Origin: an uncultured Lachnoclostridium sp.
GTDB lineage: Bacteria; Bacillota; Clostridia; Lachnospirales; Lachnospiraceae
DNA length: 45,246 nucleotides
Direction of reading: 5' to 3'
Assembly (NCBI GenBank): GCA_946629655.1
Contig: CAMOYG010000001.1
Coordinates: forward strand, 1 to 45,246
Part shown: positions 43,886 to 45,246 of the stretch, piece by piece
Numbering within the stretch: position 1 is the first letter of the stretch
How the letters are laid out: the number at the start of each line of letters is the position of its first letter
Translations under genes and position numbers: made by a program
Notes under the pieces: generated by a model
What the model saw: the letters and a program-made list of their open reading frames with translations, nothing else
Told to the model about the DNA's origin: nothing
The model's database searches: none

Positions 43886-45246
43886 TTATCTGTCCCAGCG
43901 GTCGCACAGGCGGTTGATCTGGTCGGCAAACTTCTGCAGATCCTGATTGGCTCCGCCCTTATTGTGCATGATAACCTTACGCAGCCGGTCGCAGGCAGCC
44001 AGCAGGTTGTTGAAGATCTCCTGCGCCTTTCCGGAGGGAGACTTCTCCTTCTCGATGCGCACGCCCTCGGTCACCTTCACAAATTCTCCGGTGATCAGGT
44101 CAAATACCGTGCCGCTGAAGGGAGCATCCGCATTGAAGCCGTACCGCTCCTTGATCACGTCCGCGAACTCCGTGGTTACTTCATCATCGCCGTGAACCAC
44201 AAACACATGCTCCGGATGATTCATGAAGTTTCCGATCCACTCCAGCAGGCCGTTCTGGTCCGCATGGCCGCTGAGGCCTTCAATTTTTTCGATTCGCGCA
44301 AGAACCTCGATGGACTCCCCGAACAGCTTGACTTCAGTTCTTCCGTCCACAAGGCTTCTTCCGAGGGTTCCCACCGCCTGGTAACCGGCAAACAGGATGG
44401 TACATTCCGGACGCCAGAGGTTGTGCTTTAAGTGATGTCTGACACGGCCGGCGTCACACATGCCGGAGGCGGAAATAATGACCTTCGGCGTCTCGTCCGT
44501 GTTGATCTTCATGGATTCCTGGCTGGTAACCGACAGATGCAGCCCCGGGAATGCACAGGGGTTCTTTCCCTGGCGGACCATCTCCTGAATCTCGTCATTA
44601 TAGCAGTCCATCTGGTTGTCGCGGAAGACTTCCGTGGCTTCCACGGCCATGGGGCTGTCCAGGTAAACCGGGAAATCCTCAAAGCCCGGCACAAGGCCCT
44701 CTTCCTTGATGATGCGGATATAATTCAGGATCTCCTGGGTCCGGCCGACGGCAAAGGCAGGGATGACGACATTGCCGCCCTTTTCCAGCGTCTCCCGGAT
44801 TACCCTGGCAAAGGCATCCACGTGGTCGGCGTTGATTCCCTTATGGAACCGGTTGCCGTAGGTGGATTCCATCACAATATAGTCTGCCTGATGGGTATAC
44901 TGGGGGCTTCGGATCAGAGGCTTGTTCTTATTGCCCAGGTCACCGGAGAACACGACCTTCCGCTCCTCTCCGTTTTCCTCAAGCCATACTTCAATGGATG
45001 CGGAGCCTAACAGATGTCCCACGTCCGTGAAACGGATATCGATCCCTTCGGTGATATGTATCTGTTCTGCGTAGTTGCAGGGCACAAAGAGTGCCAGCAC
45101 CCCCTCGGCATCCGCCATGGTGTAAAGCGGCGGTTCGGAGGGCTTTCCTGCACGCATCGCCTTGCGGTTCTTCCACTCCGCTTCCTGTTCCTGGATATGC
45201 GCGCAGTCCTTCAGCATAATCTCGCACAGATCACAAGTCGCACGCG
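43886..45246 (-). CDS. Metallo-beta-lactamase / beta-CASP RNA-processing nuclease (5' end outside the window)
   Basis: GHLLGSA, FSGDLG, ESTYG, PAFAVGR, SASGM and SGHAD motifs. The frame stays open to the window edge (...[13 protein letters not shown]). Confidence 0.9.
   Translation of the reverse strand, partial: RATCDLCEIMLKDCAHIQEQEAEWKNRKAMRAGKPSEPPLYTMADAEGVLALFVPCNYAEQIHITEGIDIRFTDVGHLLGSASIEVWLEENGEERKVVFSGDLGNKNKPLIRSPQYTHQADYIVMESTYGNRFHKGINADHVDAFARVIRETLEKGGNVVIPAFAVGRTQEILNYIRIIKEEGLVPGFEDFPVYLDSPMAVEATEVFRDNQMDCYNDEIQEMVRQGKNPCAFPGLHLSVTSQESMKINTDETPKVIISASGMCDAGRVRHHLKHNLWRPECTILFAGYQAVGTLGRSLVDGRTEVKLFGESIEVLARIEKIEGLSGHADQNGLLEWIGNFMNHPEHVFVVHGDDEVTTEFADVIKERYGFNADAPFSGTVFDLITGEFVKVTEGVRIEKEKSPSGKAQEIFNNLLAACDRLRKVIMHNKGGANQDLQKFADQINRLCDRWDR

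Overview
A GC-rich Clostridia chromosome segment; the gene content and order look Lachnospiraceae-like (inference). It holds 38 protein-coding genes, 37 of them on the minus strand. From 6.3 kb to the end it is a housekeeping block read right to left: beta-CASP RNase (partial), rnhA, alaS, rpsU (58 aa, missing from the ORF track), phoH, ybeY, MurJ/SpoVB-like flippase, HI0933 flavoprotein, hflK, hflC, FAD oxidoreductase, 5-formyl-THF cyclo-ligase, lipoprotein, miaB, L,D-transpeptidase, mutS, mutL, miaA, ynbB-like, radC, mreC, mreD, PBP2, rodA, mgsA-like, D,D-carboxypeptidase, small P-loop protein, HlyD-like protein, yggS, sepF, ylmH, lspA, rluD, CMP-kinase-like protein and a GNAT. The left 6.3 kb is accessory. 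There a TetR regulator is divergent from the only plus-strand gene, a 1217-aa stand-alone NRPS-like fusion (fatty acyl-CoA-ligase-type A domain, carrier domain, condensation domain, vestigial A fragment). The spacer carries an array of TGATAC-N4-GTATCA sites and face-to-face promoters, and an IlvD/Edd-family dehydratase abuts the fusion convergently. The best candidate for a new system is this TetR/A-T-C locus, a probable N-acyl amide synthase. Also notable: mreB and minCDE are cleanly absent from the elongasome operon, the MgsA homologue lacks its catalytic residues, yqfC/yqfD are absent, and the rpsU leader can sequester its own SD. I saw no rRNA, tRNA, CRISPR array, transposase or phage gene. 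All calls come from reading motifs by eye; no database search was run.
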